Origin: Candidatus Woesebacteria bacterium GW2011_GWB1_38_8b
GTDB lineage: Bacteria > Patescibacteriota > Microgenomatia > UBA8517
Assembly: GCA_000993115.1 (NCBI GenBank)
Contig: LBVN01000008.1
Location: forward strand, 1,099 to 65,098
DNA: 64,000 nucleotides
Direction of reading: 5' to 3'
Below are positions 47,007-56,086 of the stretch, one piece after another. Numbering within the stretch: position 1 is the stretch's first letter; every line of letters starts with the position of its first letter. Under the pieces are notes generated by a model, which had not been told where the DNA came from, searched no databases, and worked only from the letters and a program-made list of their open reading frames with translations. A program made the position numbers and the translations under genes.

Positions 47007-47519
47007 ATGTCGAAAAAGAAAAAAATTAAATCAGGTAAAAATATAAGAAGGAAGGTAATTCTGCCAACAATGTTGGCGTTATCAATTTTGGTTGTCGGAA
47101 TTTTGGCGACTAATGTTACTGCGGCCAACAGCAATTACCCACCAATTGTTACAAAAATTGCACAAAAGTTCAATTTAAATATAAGCGACGTGCAGGAAGT
47201 TTTTGATGATGAGCGCGATGAGCGACGGGCAGAAATGTTTGCAAGATTTTCTGAGAGGTTAGATGAGTTAGTTTCGTCAGGAGAGATTACTTCTTCCCAA
47301 AAGGGGGCTATTTTGGATAAACATGAAGAAATGCAAAATAAAATGGATGAGCTGCGAAATTTATCCCCCGAGGAAAGAAGGGATAAAATGCAATCGATTC
47401 ATGAGGAATTTCGAAGTTGGTTAAAAGATCAAGGATTTGAAAATTTAGCGATAGGACCATTTGGACACGGATTCAAAAGAGGATTTGGGATGGGGCACAT
47501 GATGGGAGAAAGCCAGTAG
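47007..47519 (+). CDS. secreted helical protein, Spy/CpxP-like (LTxxQ-type; tentative)
   Basis: N-terminal TM/signal, ITSSQKGAILDKHEEM (LTxxQ-like) and a charged helical repeat pattern. The C-terminus is GHGFKRGFGMGHMMG. Confidence 0.5.
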   Translation: MSKKKKIKSGKNIRRKVILPTMLALSILVVGILATNVTAANSNYPPIVTKIAQKFNLNISDVQEVFDDERDERRAEMFARFSERLDELVSSGEITSSQKGAILDKHEEMQNKMDELRNLSPEERRDKMQSIHEEFRSWLKDQGFENLAIGPFGHGFKRGFGMGHMMGESQ

Positions 47520-47544
47520 TAAATGGCTCAGTAATTCTTAAAAA

Positions 47545-47573
47545 CCGAAGGTTAAAGCCTTCGGTTTTTTTTT
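47545..47573 (+). terminator. rho-independent terminator
   Basis: CCGAAGG-TTAAAG-CCTTCGG stem-loop followed by T9. An A-run precedes it, so it could act in both directions. Confidence 0.8.
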
Positions 47574-47621
47574 ATGTCTTTTTTCAGTGTTTTTTAAGAA
47601 ATAATGATATAGAATTGCACT

Positions 47622-48845
47622 ATGGGAAAAATTAAAAATCTTTTGTCATGGTTTTTTGCAAGAAAATCTCGTCTTCTAATATCAGTTGTTTTAATTTTGT
47701 TAGTTGGTTTTATTGTTGTCAGAAATAGAAAATCGGATACAACTAATGAGTACCAAACCGCAACAGCCCAGAAAGGTACGATTGTTTCAACAGTCAGCGC
47801 ATCAGGAAAAGTGTTGACGACAAACACTTTGTCTATTAGTACCGAAGCCTCAGGTGTAGTAAAAAAAGTTTATGTCAAAGATGGCGATAAAGTCGTTGCA
47901 GGCCAAAAACTTGCAGAAATTACTCTGGATTCAGCAGGTCTTGAAAAAAATGCGCAGGCCTATGCATCACTTGTGTCGGCCCAAAACAGTGTCAACTCAG
48001 CCAATAATTCTTACAGGTCAGCGCAGGCATCGGCGGAAAAGGTTTTGGACGAAGTTAAAGGGCACGATACGGATGAGACTTTAGCTCAAAAAGAAACTCG
48101 AACGAAAGCGGAAGTTGCCCGGGATAATGCTTACGACCAAACAAAATCTGCCCAGGCAAATCTCGCATCGTCAAGCTTGAATTACCGCTCGACATCACCA
48201 ATTATTACAGCACCGTTTTCCGGAATTATCGAAAGTGTAAATCTTGTCGAAGGGATGGTTTTAGAAAGCTCAACATCCACAACGAATATTAATTCTCAAA
48301 GGGTAGCGGTTATAAAAGGGGATTCACTTCCTGTAATAAATGTAACCGTAAGTGAGCTGGATGTTCCGAAAGTAAAAGTTGGGCAAAAAGTTACTGTCAC
48401 CTTAGATAGTGTTTCAGGAAAGACTTTTACCGGGGTAGTTGCGACTATTGATCGTGTCGGATCTGTTTCTTCAAACGTAACAAGCTATTCTGCAAATATC
48501 AAACTTGATAGCAGCGACTTGGCAATACTTCCTAATATGGCGGCAACCGCAAATATAATTTTGGAAACAAAAACTGATGTCATAAAAATTCCTTCCGGTG
48601 CAATTACAACTACCAACGGGGAAAATTTTGCGAACGTTTTGAAAAATGGTGCCGAGTCCCAATTACCTGTAACGGTTGGGATTTCTTCCGACTCCGAAAC
48701 AGAAATAGTTAGTGGATTATCAGAAGGAGACGTTGTTGTGTCTGGTAGTGCTGCAAAAAGTTCGACAAGTGGAACATCTACCCAAACAAGATCTGTTTTT
48801 AGCACTTTCGGAGGTGGTGGAGGAAACTTACGGATTGCAAGATAA
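47622..48845 (+). CDS. HlyD/MacA-type periplasmic adaptor (membrane fusion protein)
   Basis: N-terminal TM, lipoyl-like GDKVVAGQKLAEI, a coiled-coil hairpin and beta-barrel domains. 407 aa. Confidence 0.85.
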   Translation: MGKIKNLLSWFFARKSRLLISVVLILLVGFIVVRNRKSDTTNEYQTATAQKGTIVSTVSASGKVLTTNTLSISTEASGVVKKVYVKDGDKVVAGQKLAEITLDSAGLEKNAQAYASLVSAQNSVNSANNSYRSAQASAEKVLDEVKGHDTDETLAQKETRTKAEVARDNAYDQTKSAQANLASSSLNYRSTSPIITAPFSGIIESVNLVEGMVLESSTSTTNINSQRVAVIKGDSLPVINVTVSELDVPKVKVGQKVTVTLDSVSGKTFTGVVATIDRVGSVSSNVTSYSANIKLDSSDLAILPNMAATANIILETKTDVIKIPSGAITTTNGENFANVLKNGAESQLPVTVGISSDSETEIVSGLSEGDVVVSGSAAKSSTSGTSTQTRSVFSTFGGGGGNLRIAR

Positions 48846-49558
48846 TGATACAGGTAAAAAATGTTAGTAAAATTTACGAAACTGGAGAAGTTGAGACAAA
48901 GGCATTAGATAATGTCTCTTTTAATATAAACGACGGTGAATTTGTAGCAATAATGGGCCCTTCGGGATCTGGCAAATCAACTCTAATGCATATTCTTGGA
49001 GCCCTTGACACTCCAACTTCCGGAACCTATATTCTTGACGGTAAAAAACTTGAAAATTTAAATGACGATGAGCTGGCGGATATTAGAAACCGAAAAATTG
49101 GTTTTATATTTCAGGCTTTTAATTTACTTCCGCGAACTACAGCATTAAAAAACGTTATGATACCTATGATGTATGCCGGAGTTCCTAAGAAAGAGCGGTT
49201 GAAAGTGGCCCAAAAATATCTGGAAATGGTGGGTTTGTCTGACCGAATGCTCCATACTTCGAATCAACTCTCAGGCGGGCAGCAGCAGAGAGTTGCTATT
49301 GCCAGGGCTCTTGTACTGTCCCCATCGATAATTTTGGCAGATGAACCTACGGGAAATATTGCCAGTACACAGGCGGAAGAAATTATGGCAATTTTTCAGA
49401 AATTGAATAAGAAGGGGCATACAATATTAATGATTACTCACGAACCTGATATTGCCGAGCACGCAAAGAGGATCATTCATCTAAGGGACGGTAAGTTGGT
49501 AGAAGACGGGAACGGACATAAACAAAAAATTGCTGCGGTTAAATCAAAAGTAATATAA
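48845..49558 (+). CDS. MacB/LolD-type ABC transporter ATP-binding protein
   Basis: GPSGSGKST, LSGGQQQRVAIARAL and ILADEPTGN. The start overlaps the adaptor gene's stop by 1 nt. Confidence 0.9.
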   Translation: MIQVKNVSKIYETGEVETKALDNVSFNINDGEFVAIMGPSGSGKSTLMHILGALDTPTSGTYILDGKKLENLNDDELADIRNRKIGFIFQAFNLLPRTTALKNVMIPMMYAGVPKKERLKVAQKYLEMVGLSDRMLHTSNQLSGGQQQRVAIARALVLSPSIILADEPTGNIASTQAEEIMAIFQKLNKKGHTILMITHEPDIAEHAKRIIHLRDGKLVEDGNGHKQKIAAVKSKVI

Positions 49559-49569
49559 AAAAATAAACT

Positions 49570-50697
49570 ATGGAATATCAGGAAATAGTTGAAGAGGCTT
49601 TTGCAACTCTAAGCTTGAATAAATTAAGAACAGGTTTAGCGATGCTTGGAATTATTATCGGCATCGGAAGCGTTATAGCTTTAATGGCGTTAGGGCAGGG
49701 GTCGCAAAAAGCAGTTGCGAATCAAATCCAATCGTTAGGAGCAAACCTCTTAACAATTTCCCCGGCAAGCCAAAGAGGGGGTTTTGTACAAGGAGGGGCG
49801 GGAAGCGCAAGTACTCTAACTTATGCAGATGCACTGGCAATTGAGAATTCTTCCGAAATTGTTAACGTTGAACGCGTTTCTCCCGAGTTTTCCCGACGTG
49901 CTCAGGTTACAACAGGGGGAAAAAATACGAATACTCAAATAGCCGGTGTTACACCGAATTATTCAGTTGTTCGAAAAGTTGAAGTATCAGCCGGTAATTT
50001 TATTACTGACAGAGATGTAAGCTCACAAACAAAAGTTGCTGTTCTAGGACCACAGGTTGTATCAGATCTTTTTGGAGACAACGCGACTCCTATCGGACAA
50101 TCGATTCGGATACAAGGTCAGTCGTTTAGAGTAGTCGGCGTAACAGTAAGTAAAGGCGGAAGTGGATTCCAGAACCAGGATGACGTTATTTATATTCCTC
50201 TTACAACCGCCCAAAAAAGCTTATTCGGCTCAACCAGTTTAAGCTCGATTTCTGTTGAGGCAAAAAGTGAAGACGTTATGGTGGCTGCACAGGACGAAAT
50301 CGGCTACCTTTTACTATCAAGACATAAGTTGTCAGATCCTGCTATATCTCTTATTGTAGGAGGTATTGGGATTATGAATATTATGCTCGTCACCGTAACT
50401 GAGCGGACTCGGGAAATTGGACTGCGTAAAGCACTCGGGGCAAAAAAAGCAGTTATTATCACCCAGTTTTTAGTTGAGGCAATTATATTGACGCTGGTTG
50501 GAGGTTTGGTTGGTATGGTGTTAGGAATTGGGGCTTCTTATATTATAGCGAAAATTATAAGTCTTCCTTTTGCAATATCACTTATTTCGATAGTCCTTGC
50601 GGTAACAGTTTCGGGAGGAATTGGCATAGCATTTGGTTTCTACCCGGCCAAAAAAGCATCAAATTTGCAACCGATTGAAGCGCTGCGGTATGAATAA
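49570..50697 (+). CDS. MacB/FtsX-type ABC transporter permease (possibly carrying an in-frame deletion before TM2)
   Basis: N-terminal [22 protein letters not shown], a MacB periplasmic core domain, and a C-terminal FtsX block [29 protein letters not shown] ... PIEALRYE. Confidence 0.85.
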   Translation: [375 protein letters not shown]

Positions 50698-50710
50698 ATA
50701 TAAAAAAATT

Positions 50711-50737
50711 GGCCACCGGCCCATAGGGCCTCTGGCC
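50711..50737 (+). other. GC-only hairpin GGCCaccGGCCCataGGGCCtctGGCC between the permease and the next gene
   Basis: Read directly from the sequence. No T-run follows, and the RBS GGAGGGAGGTGA comes immediately after. Confidence 0.3.
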
Positions 50738-50756
50738 CGGAGGGAGGTGAAATTTT

Positions 50757-51230
50757 ATGAAAAACGAAGAAAAAGTTACCAATGGCGGTAGTAAAAATTT
50801 AATTATTGCTATCATATTGACAGCACTGCTTTTTGGAGGGGGAGGATTTTATGGTGGAATGCGTTATGAGAAAAGTAAGACACCGAATTTTCAAAGATTT
50901 TTAGATACAAACGGAAATAGAAACGGAAATAACATGAGATTTAACGGTCAGACAGGAAATGGAGGAGGATTTGCTCCGGTTGAAGGCGAAATAATTGGGA
51001 ATGATGATAAATCCATAACAGTAAAATTAAATGACGGGAGCAGCAAAATTGTGTTTTATTCGGACTCAACCACTATAAATAAGGCTGAAACAAAAACTAA
51101 AGAAGACTTAAAAACAGGAGAAAAAGTAATGGTTATAGGAAGTACAAATTCTGACGGAAGTGTTACTGCAAGAAGTATTCAACTCAATCCTTTATTTAAA
51201 AACGAAGCCAAGCCAAGCCAACAACCGTAA
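50757..51230 (+). CDS. membrane-anchored protein with DUF5666-like beta domain (tentative)
   Basis: One TM, a Gly/Asn-rich linker, then EGEIIGNDDKSITVKLNDGSSKIVFYSDSTTI...GEKVMVIGSTNSDGSVTARSIQL. Confidence 0.5.
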   Translation: MKNEEKVTNGGSKNLIIAIILTALLFGGGGFYGGMRYEKSKTPNFQRFLDTNGNRNGNNMRFNGQTGNGGGFAPVEGEIIGNDDKSITVKLNDGSSKIVFYSDSTTINKAETKTKEDLKTGEKVMVIGSTNSDGSVTARSIQLNPLFKNEAKPSQQP

Positions 51231-51268
51231 TTTATAAGTATATCTGAAGTTGAAAAAACCGTAGGAAA

Positions 51269-51535
51269 CTATGTTTCTATGCTTAGGGCTTTTTTGATGG
51301 CTTCACGAATATTGGAGCCTCTGTGCCAGCCTTTAAAATAAACTAAAGCCTGTTTATTTCTGTTTGTTGCCTGGAGATAATATCTGTTAATAATACCACC
51401 TCTTTTTTTGAAGAGGATTACTAATTCGTCTATTGAAGTATTGTTTATCAATACGTTAAGTATAGCACGTTTTATTTTAGTTGTTTTGAGGTGGATTTGT
51501 CGTGACTTAATCCATTTTAAGCTTATTTTCAGCAT
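51269..51535 (-). CDS. hypothetical basic protein (coding status uncertain)
   Basis: 88-aa ORF antisense to its neighbours. No RBS and no family recognised. Confidence 0.3.
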   Translation of the reverse strand: MLKISLKWIKSRQIHLKTTKIKRAILNVLINNTSIDELVILFKKRGGIINRYYLQATNRNKQALVYFKGWHRGSNIREAIKKALSIET

Positions 51536-51592
51536 ATTTTGTATTAATGTCTTTTTGGTATACTAATCAGACGTAAAAGGAGGTGAGAAAAT

Positions 51593-52135
51593 ATGGAAGA
51601 ACAAAGTACTGAAAATCAGCCAAACTTACAAACAGAAACCGGCAACAATAATAATTCGAGCGTACTGATGATGATTGGAGTATTTCTAATAATTGTAGTT
51701 GCATTAGTTGGATTCTTGTTTATGAAAAAAGGAAAAACTTCTGCTTCGAAAACTTCAATTACGACTTTAGTTAGCCCAACCGTAACTCAAATCACTGAAA
51801 GCGTGGAAGGCAGTGAAATTGTAGCGGATGATATTCAAACGGCCGAAACCACAGTTGCACAGGAATCACCGATCGCAATTGAAGGTGGGAGCTTTTACTT
51901 TAAACCGAATATCATTAATGCAAAAGTCGGGCAGCCTGTAACAATTAAATTTACGTCGGTCGGAGGAATGCCTCATGATTTTGTGATTGACGAGTTGAAC
52001 GTAAAATCAGAAAGGGTTACTGAAGGTGAGCTGGATATACAATTTACGCCAGACAAAGTTGGAACTTTTGAATTTTACTGTAGTGTTGGAAACCATCGGA
52101 AAATGGGCATGAAAGGAACTTTGGTGGTTGAGTAA
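51593..52135 (+). CDS. membrane-anchored cupredoxin (type-1 copper, Cupredoxin_1-like)
   Basis: One TM and a Thr/Ser linker. Copper ligands are MPHDF ... FYCSVGNHRKMGMKGTLVV (His, Cys, His, Met). Strong GGAGGTGA RBS. Confidence 0.75.
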   Translation: MEEQSTENQPNLQTETGNNNNSSVLMMIGVFLIIVVALVGFLFMKKGKTSASKTSITTLVSPTVTQITESVEGSEIVADDIQTAETTVAQESPIAIEGGSFYFKPNIINAKVGQPVTIKFTSVGGMPHDFVIDELNVKSERVTEGELDIQFTPDKVGTFEFYCSVGNHRKMGMKGTLVVE

Positions 52136-52162
52136 ACTGTAATCCAATTTAGATAAATATTA

Positions 52163-52198
52163 ATCCCCTTCCACGATTGGAAGGGGATTTTTGGTTTT
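52163..52198 (+). terminator. rho-independent terminator
   Basis: ATCCCCTTCCA-CGAT-TGGAAGGGGAT 11-bp stem followed by TTTTTGGTTTT. Confidence 0.8.
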
Positions 52199-52362
52199 CT
52201 ATGAAATAACAGATTATAGTCCAAGGATGTTGATTAAACGCAAAGAAATTTTTTGACAGAATTCACAACAGCCGAGAAATAAATCTTCTGACAAGATACT
52301 TTATTGGAGATCTTGTTTTATAAACTCTTCACTTTTTTAAAAAATTATTGTAACATCAGTCT

Positions 52363-53532
52363 ATGAGGTCACTACTTAAAGTTTTGTCATTTAGTTTTCT
52401 TGGCGTTTTACTTGCTTTTGTAGTTTTTTCTTCAACCGTTTATGCGCAGTCTAATTTTCGCGAGGGAAAGCAATCCATTTTACCGAAAAGTGAAGTTGTA
52501 AATGAAAATTATTTTGTAACAGGTGAAACAATTCAAATTTCGGGGACTGTCAATGGAGATGTATATGCGGTTGGTGGAAATGTTTTGGTAGACGGAACCA
52601 TAAATGGAGATCTGATGGCTGCGGGTGGAACTGTGCAGGTTGACGGGAAAATTTCCGGAAACATTAGAGTCGCCGGAGGGCAGGTTAGCGTCTCGGCAGA
52701 TGTTGCAAAAAACGTAACTGTCGCAGGTGGGCAAATTACACTTGCGGAAAACGCAAAACTTTTAGGGAGCGCCACCGCCGTAGGTGGAAATATCGAAATT
52801 AAAACTCAAGTACCCGGAAGTGTGGAAGTCGGAGGCGGGAATTTAATAATTAATAACAAAGTCGGTAAGAACGTAAACTTTGCGGGTGGAAATTTACAGC
52901 TTGGGTCATTAGCCGATGTAGGCGGAAATGTAACTTACTACAGCGAAACAGCTGCATTAATTACAGATGGAGCAAAAATAAAAGGGGAAACCAAACAAAA
53001 CCTTCCTCCGAAGGAGTTTAAAGAAGCCCGAGAAGCCGGCAAAAGGTCCGGACCTGCATTTTTTAGATTTTGGATGATGGCTGGCTTTTTCTCGGCACTT
53101 GTAATCGGACTATTACTTGCAAAATTTGTTCCAGGATTTACGCAAAAAACCGCAGACAACATTAAATCAAAATTCTTGGCGAATCTTGGAATAGGATTTA
53201 TTGCAGTCGTAGTAACACCGATTGCTGTATTCATACTTTTTGTGACCCTTCTGGGTATTCCGCTCGGATTTATTTTACTTATGGGTTATTTATTTGTTAT
53301 TTACGTTGCAAAGATTTTTGTAGCAGTTTTCGCGGGACAGTTAATTACGAGGCGTGCGTTCAAAACAAAATCTCTTTACTTGGATATTTTATTTGGTCTT
53401 ATGATTTTTTACCTACTTGGTTTTGTCCCGATTTTGGGATGGATTGTCCAAACGGTATTTGTTCTGGCGTCGGTTGGTTCGATTTTAATGACTAAAAAAG
53501 AAGTCTACAAATCGCTGTCGGGGAAAATTTAA
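52363..53532 (+). CDS. signal-peptide-bearing bactofilin-like beta-helix repeat domain fused to a C-terminal polytopic membrane domain
   Basis: Signal peptide ending VYAQ. About 10 repeats of G(D/N)VxxxGGxVxVxGxIxG, then 4-5 TM segments (residues ~240-375). Confidence 0.65.
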   Translation: MRSLLKVLSFSFLGVLLAFVVFSSTVYAQSNFREGKQSILPKSEVVNENYFVTGETIQISGTVNGDVYAVGGNVLVDGTINGDLMAAGGTVQVDGKISGNIRVAGGQVSVSADVAKNVTVAGGQITLAENAKLLGSATAVGGNIEIKTQVPGSVEVGGGNLIINNKVGKNVNFAGGNLQLGSLADVGGNVTYYSETAALITDGAKIKGETKQNLPPKEFKEAREAGKRSGPAFFRFWMMAGFFSALVIGLLLAKFVPGFTQKTADNIKSKFLANLGIGFIAVVVTPIAVFILFVTLLGIPLGFILLMGYLFVIYVAKIFVAVFAGQLITRRAFKTKSLYLDILFGLMIFYLLGFVPILGWIVQTVFVLASVGSILMTKKEVYKSLSGKI

Positions 53533-53730
53533 ATATTCGGTTTAAATCTTCAAAAAGAAAAATTTATATAATAACTATAAAGACCGGGAAGAAGAAAAAG
53601 GATAGGGAGAGTTTAAATTCTTATAAGAGCATTTCAATCCGACTCGGTGGAGACCGAAAGAGATACAATTTGATTACACTTTGATTAATTCATAGTATAC
53701 TCAACGCATAATTGATATATTTAATCTATT

Positions 53731-54441
53731 ATGACCTCGAAAAAAATCCCCCCACTGCTTTTTGTCCTCATTTTAAATCTTTGGCTTTTTAAAATTTTTA
53801 CATATAGCATGGTTATCGGAATAACCGTAATTATGGCATCTATTTCTGTTTATCTTTCAATTTATGAAGGTAAAAAAAGATATTATTACATTTCCACTAT
53901 TTTTATTTCTATTCTCCTGATTTTCCAATACAAAACAAGCTCAATAAACCCTTTAACTTTCTTGAATGAAAACGAGAAAATAGAACAGCAAGAAAGGATG
54001 AGAGGGTATCCAAGACATTTTTACCGTTTTGCAAACTGGCTTGAACAGAGGAAGGAGGCTTTGATATTTTATAAACTCCAGGAAAACTTTTTTGAAGTGA
54101 TGGACCCAAATTTATATTTTTTCGCAAATCATCCAAGAGAACGAGTTGGTGTTGTTGAATATGAAAAATTTCCGTACATTTTCTTACCCTTTTTGGTAAT
54201 CGGACTTTTATCACTTAAAAAATCAAGTTTTAAAATTTTATTATTGTCGTCTTCCCCTTTAATTTTACTTTCTTTAATAGGCAATAGTAATCCGATGGGA
54301 CCATTTAGTTTATTTCCGACACTCGCTGCATTTATTGCGGTGGGACTTGAGCCGATTTTTAAAAACAAAAAATATTTATTTGTTTTTTTAATGCTTTTTA
54401 GTCTGGTTTTTATTCAAACCATATCGTATGCAACATATTAA
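53731..54441 (+). CDS. hypothetical polytopic membrane protein (coupled to the glycosyltransferase)
   Basis: 236 aa with ~6 TM segments and a 14-nt overlap with the next gene. Confidence 0.55.
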   Translation: MTSKKIPPLLFVLILNLWLFKIFTYSMVIGITVIMASISVYLSIYEGKKRYYYISTIFISILLIFQYKTSSINPLTFLNENEKIEQQERMRGYPRHFYRFANWLEQRKEALIFYKLQENFFEVMDPNLYFFANHPRERVGVVEYEKFPYIFLPFLVIGLLSLKKSSFKILLLSSSPLILLSLIGNSNPMGPFSLFPTLAAFIAVGLEPIFKNKKYLFVFLMLFSLVFIQTISYATY

Positions 54442-56086
54442 ATTACTTTTAATAATACTTTTCGTATCCGCCTTTTTTTACTTATACAAATTGGGGATGA
54501 ACCCTCCGGGGTTGTTTGCAGATGAAGCTTCAACCGGTGTAAATATCTATTCGATTTTAAAAACAGGAAAAGACGAGTATGGAAAAATACTGCCGTTTGG
54601 GTTTAGACAAATGGGATCATACACACCGCCTTTGTATATTTATCTAAGCGTTCCATTTGTCGCAATTTTCGGCTCGTCGGAATTTTCAACAAGGATTTTA
54701 TCGGCAGTTTGCGGATTAATTATTATTGTTCTTGTATTCTATCTACTACAAAGTCTGAAAATTTGTAAATCAAAAACGAGTTTATTTTTCGGAGCATTAT
54801 TTTTCGCCGTAACCCCTTGGCTCGTGTTTTTTTCAAGGATGGGGTACGAACAAAATTTGGCATTTATGCTTTTTGTTTTGTCAGTTGTACTTTTTGTTAA
54901 ATCTCTGAAAAACTCAAAACTTTTTGCACTGCTTATTCCGGTTATTTCGATTACAACTTATGCCGACTTCCCGATGAGATTTTTGATGCCTTTGACCTTT
55001 GTGATCTTTGGGTTAGCTTTCAGAAAAGAAATTAATATTAAAAATAATCTAAAATTTATCGCGGTAGGTGTATTTATCGCGGGAATTATCCAACTTCCGA
55101 ATTTATACATGTTGCAAACAGATTCCTTTTTATCCAAGAAAGAACATTTTTATGCAGATACGGTTTCATCACAGGCTAAAAAAATTAAATACCTACCGCC
55201 CACGGCGACAGTTTCCCTTGCATTTGTAAGAGAATTTTCGGCTCAATATACAAATTATTTTTCTCCGCGATCGCTATTCTTTTTAGGCGATCCGGATCCC
55301 CAGCGCTCGATTCCGGAAATGGGAGTTTTATATCAATGGGCGATATTGCCTTATCTATTAGGCATGTATTTGGTCTACAAAAGCAAAGTTAAGCTGACAA
55401 GAAAAATTATCATAACGTTACTATTCATTACCCCTCTTACTGGGGCTCTCACTCACCAGCCATTCCACATGCAAAGAACCTTGGCGTTTTTACTGCCTTT
55501 GACACTGACAATCAGTTATGCAATCGATGCCTTTGTCGCTAAATTTGGAAATAAATTATCGACTGTGGCATTTACGGTACTTTTTCTAATATCGGTTATG
55601 TTTCTATGGCGGGGATATTTTATCTTACTTCCGCAATTGAGGGCGGATACCTGGGCGGCTCAGTTTAAACAATTAGCACAATTTATCCGCGAAAATCCGG
55701 ATAAGCACTTCGTAATTGATCAGGCAAAAAATCTCAAACCTGAGGAAATAGCATATTTTCAACTGGCTTTCTATCTAAAAACCGACCCCAAGATATTGCA
55801 GTCAACCTCCGACCCCTCAATTGTAAGAAATTATTATAACGATGTAGATTTTAGTTATTTCCGGGAGTTTACAAATATTGAAACTAAACCAATTGATTGG
55901 GGAGAATCGGTTTGGAAAGATGAAATACTTGTTGGCGATACAGTATCAATTTCTGATTCCGAGGTAAAACTTCATAATCTTACCCAAGTTTTAGAAGTGA
56001 AAAGTCCAAACAACCAAATTCTTTTGAGAGCTTTTCAAACAAATCCAGTGGGAACAGACAGAAATAAAAATAGTCTTAAAAAGTGA
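54428..56086 (+). CDS. glycosyltransferase family 39 (ArnT/PMT-like, lipid-carrier-dependent)
   Basis: 552 aa with ~11 TM segments, the first-loop acidic motif FADEAS, and a C-terminal soluble domain. Confidence 0.75.
   Translation: MQHIKLLLIILFVSAFFYLYKLGMNPPGLFADEASTGVNIYSILKTGKDEYGKILPFGFRQMGSYTPPLYIYLSVPFVAIFGSSEFSTRILSAVCGLIIIVLVFYLLQSLKICKSKTSLFFGALFFAVTPWLVFFSRMGYEQNLAFMLFVLSVVLFVKSLKNSKLFALLIPVISITTYADFPMRFLMPLTFVIFGLAFRKEINIKNNLKFIAVGVFIAGIIQLPNLYMLQTDSFLSKKEHFYADTVSSQAKKIKYLPPTATVSLAFVREFSAQYTNYFSPRSLFFLGDPDPQRSIPEMGVLYQWAILPYLLGMYLVYKSKVKLTRKIIITLLFITPLTGALTHQPFHMQRTLAFLLPLTLTISYAIDAFVAKFGNKLSTVAFTVLFLISVMFLWRGYFILLPQLRADTWAAQFKQLAQFIRENPDKHFVIDQAKNLKPEEIAYFQLAFYLKTDPKILQSTSDPSIVRNYYNDVDFSYFREFTNIETKPIDWGESVWKDEILVGDTVSISDSEVKLHNLTQVLEVKSPNNQILLRAFQTNPVGTDRNKNSLKK

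Noticed and set aside
52480-53234. Minus-strand ORFs (84, 80, 98 aa) inside the bactofilin-like gene
   Set aside because: They are generated by the repetitive GGN-GTN codon pattern of the plus-strand repeats. No RBS, and the plus-strand gene is continuous with a signal peptide and TM domain.
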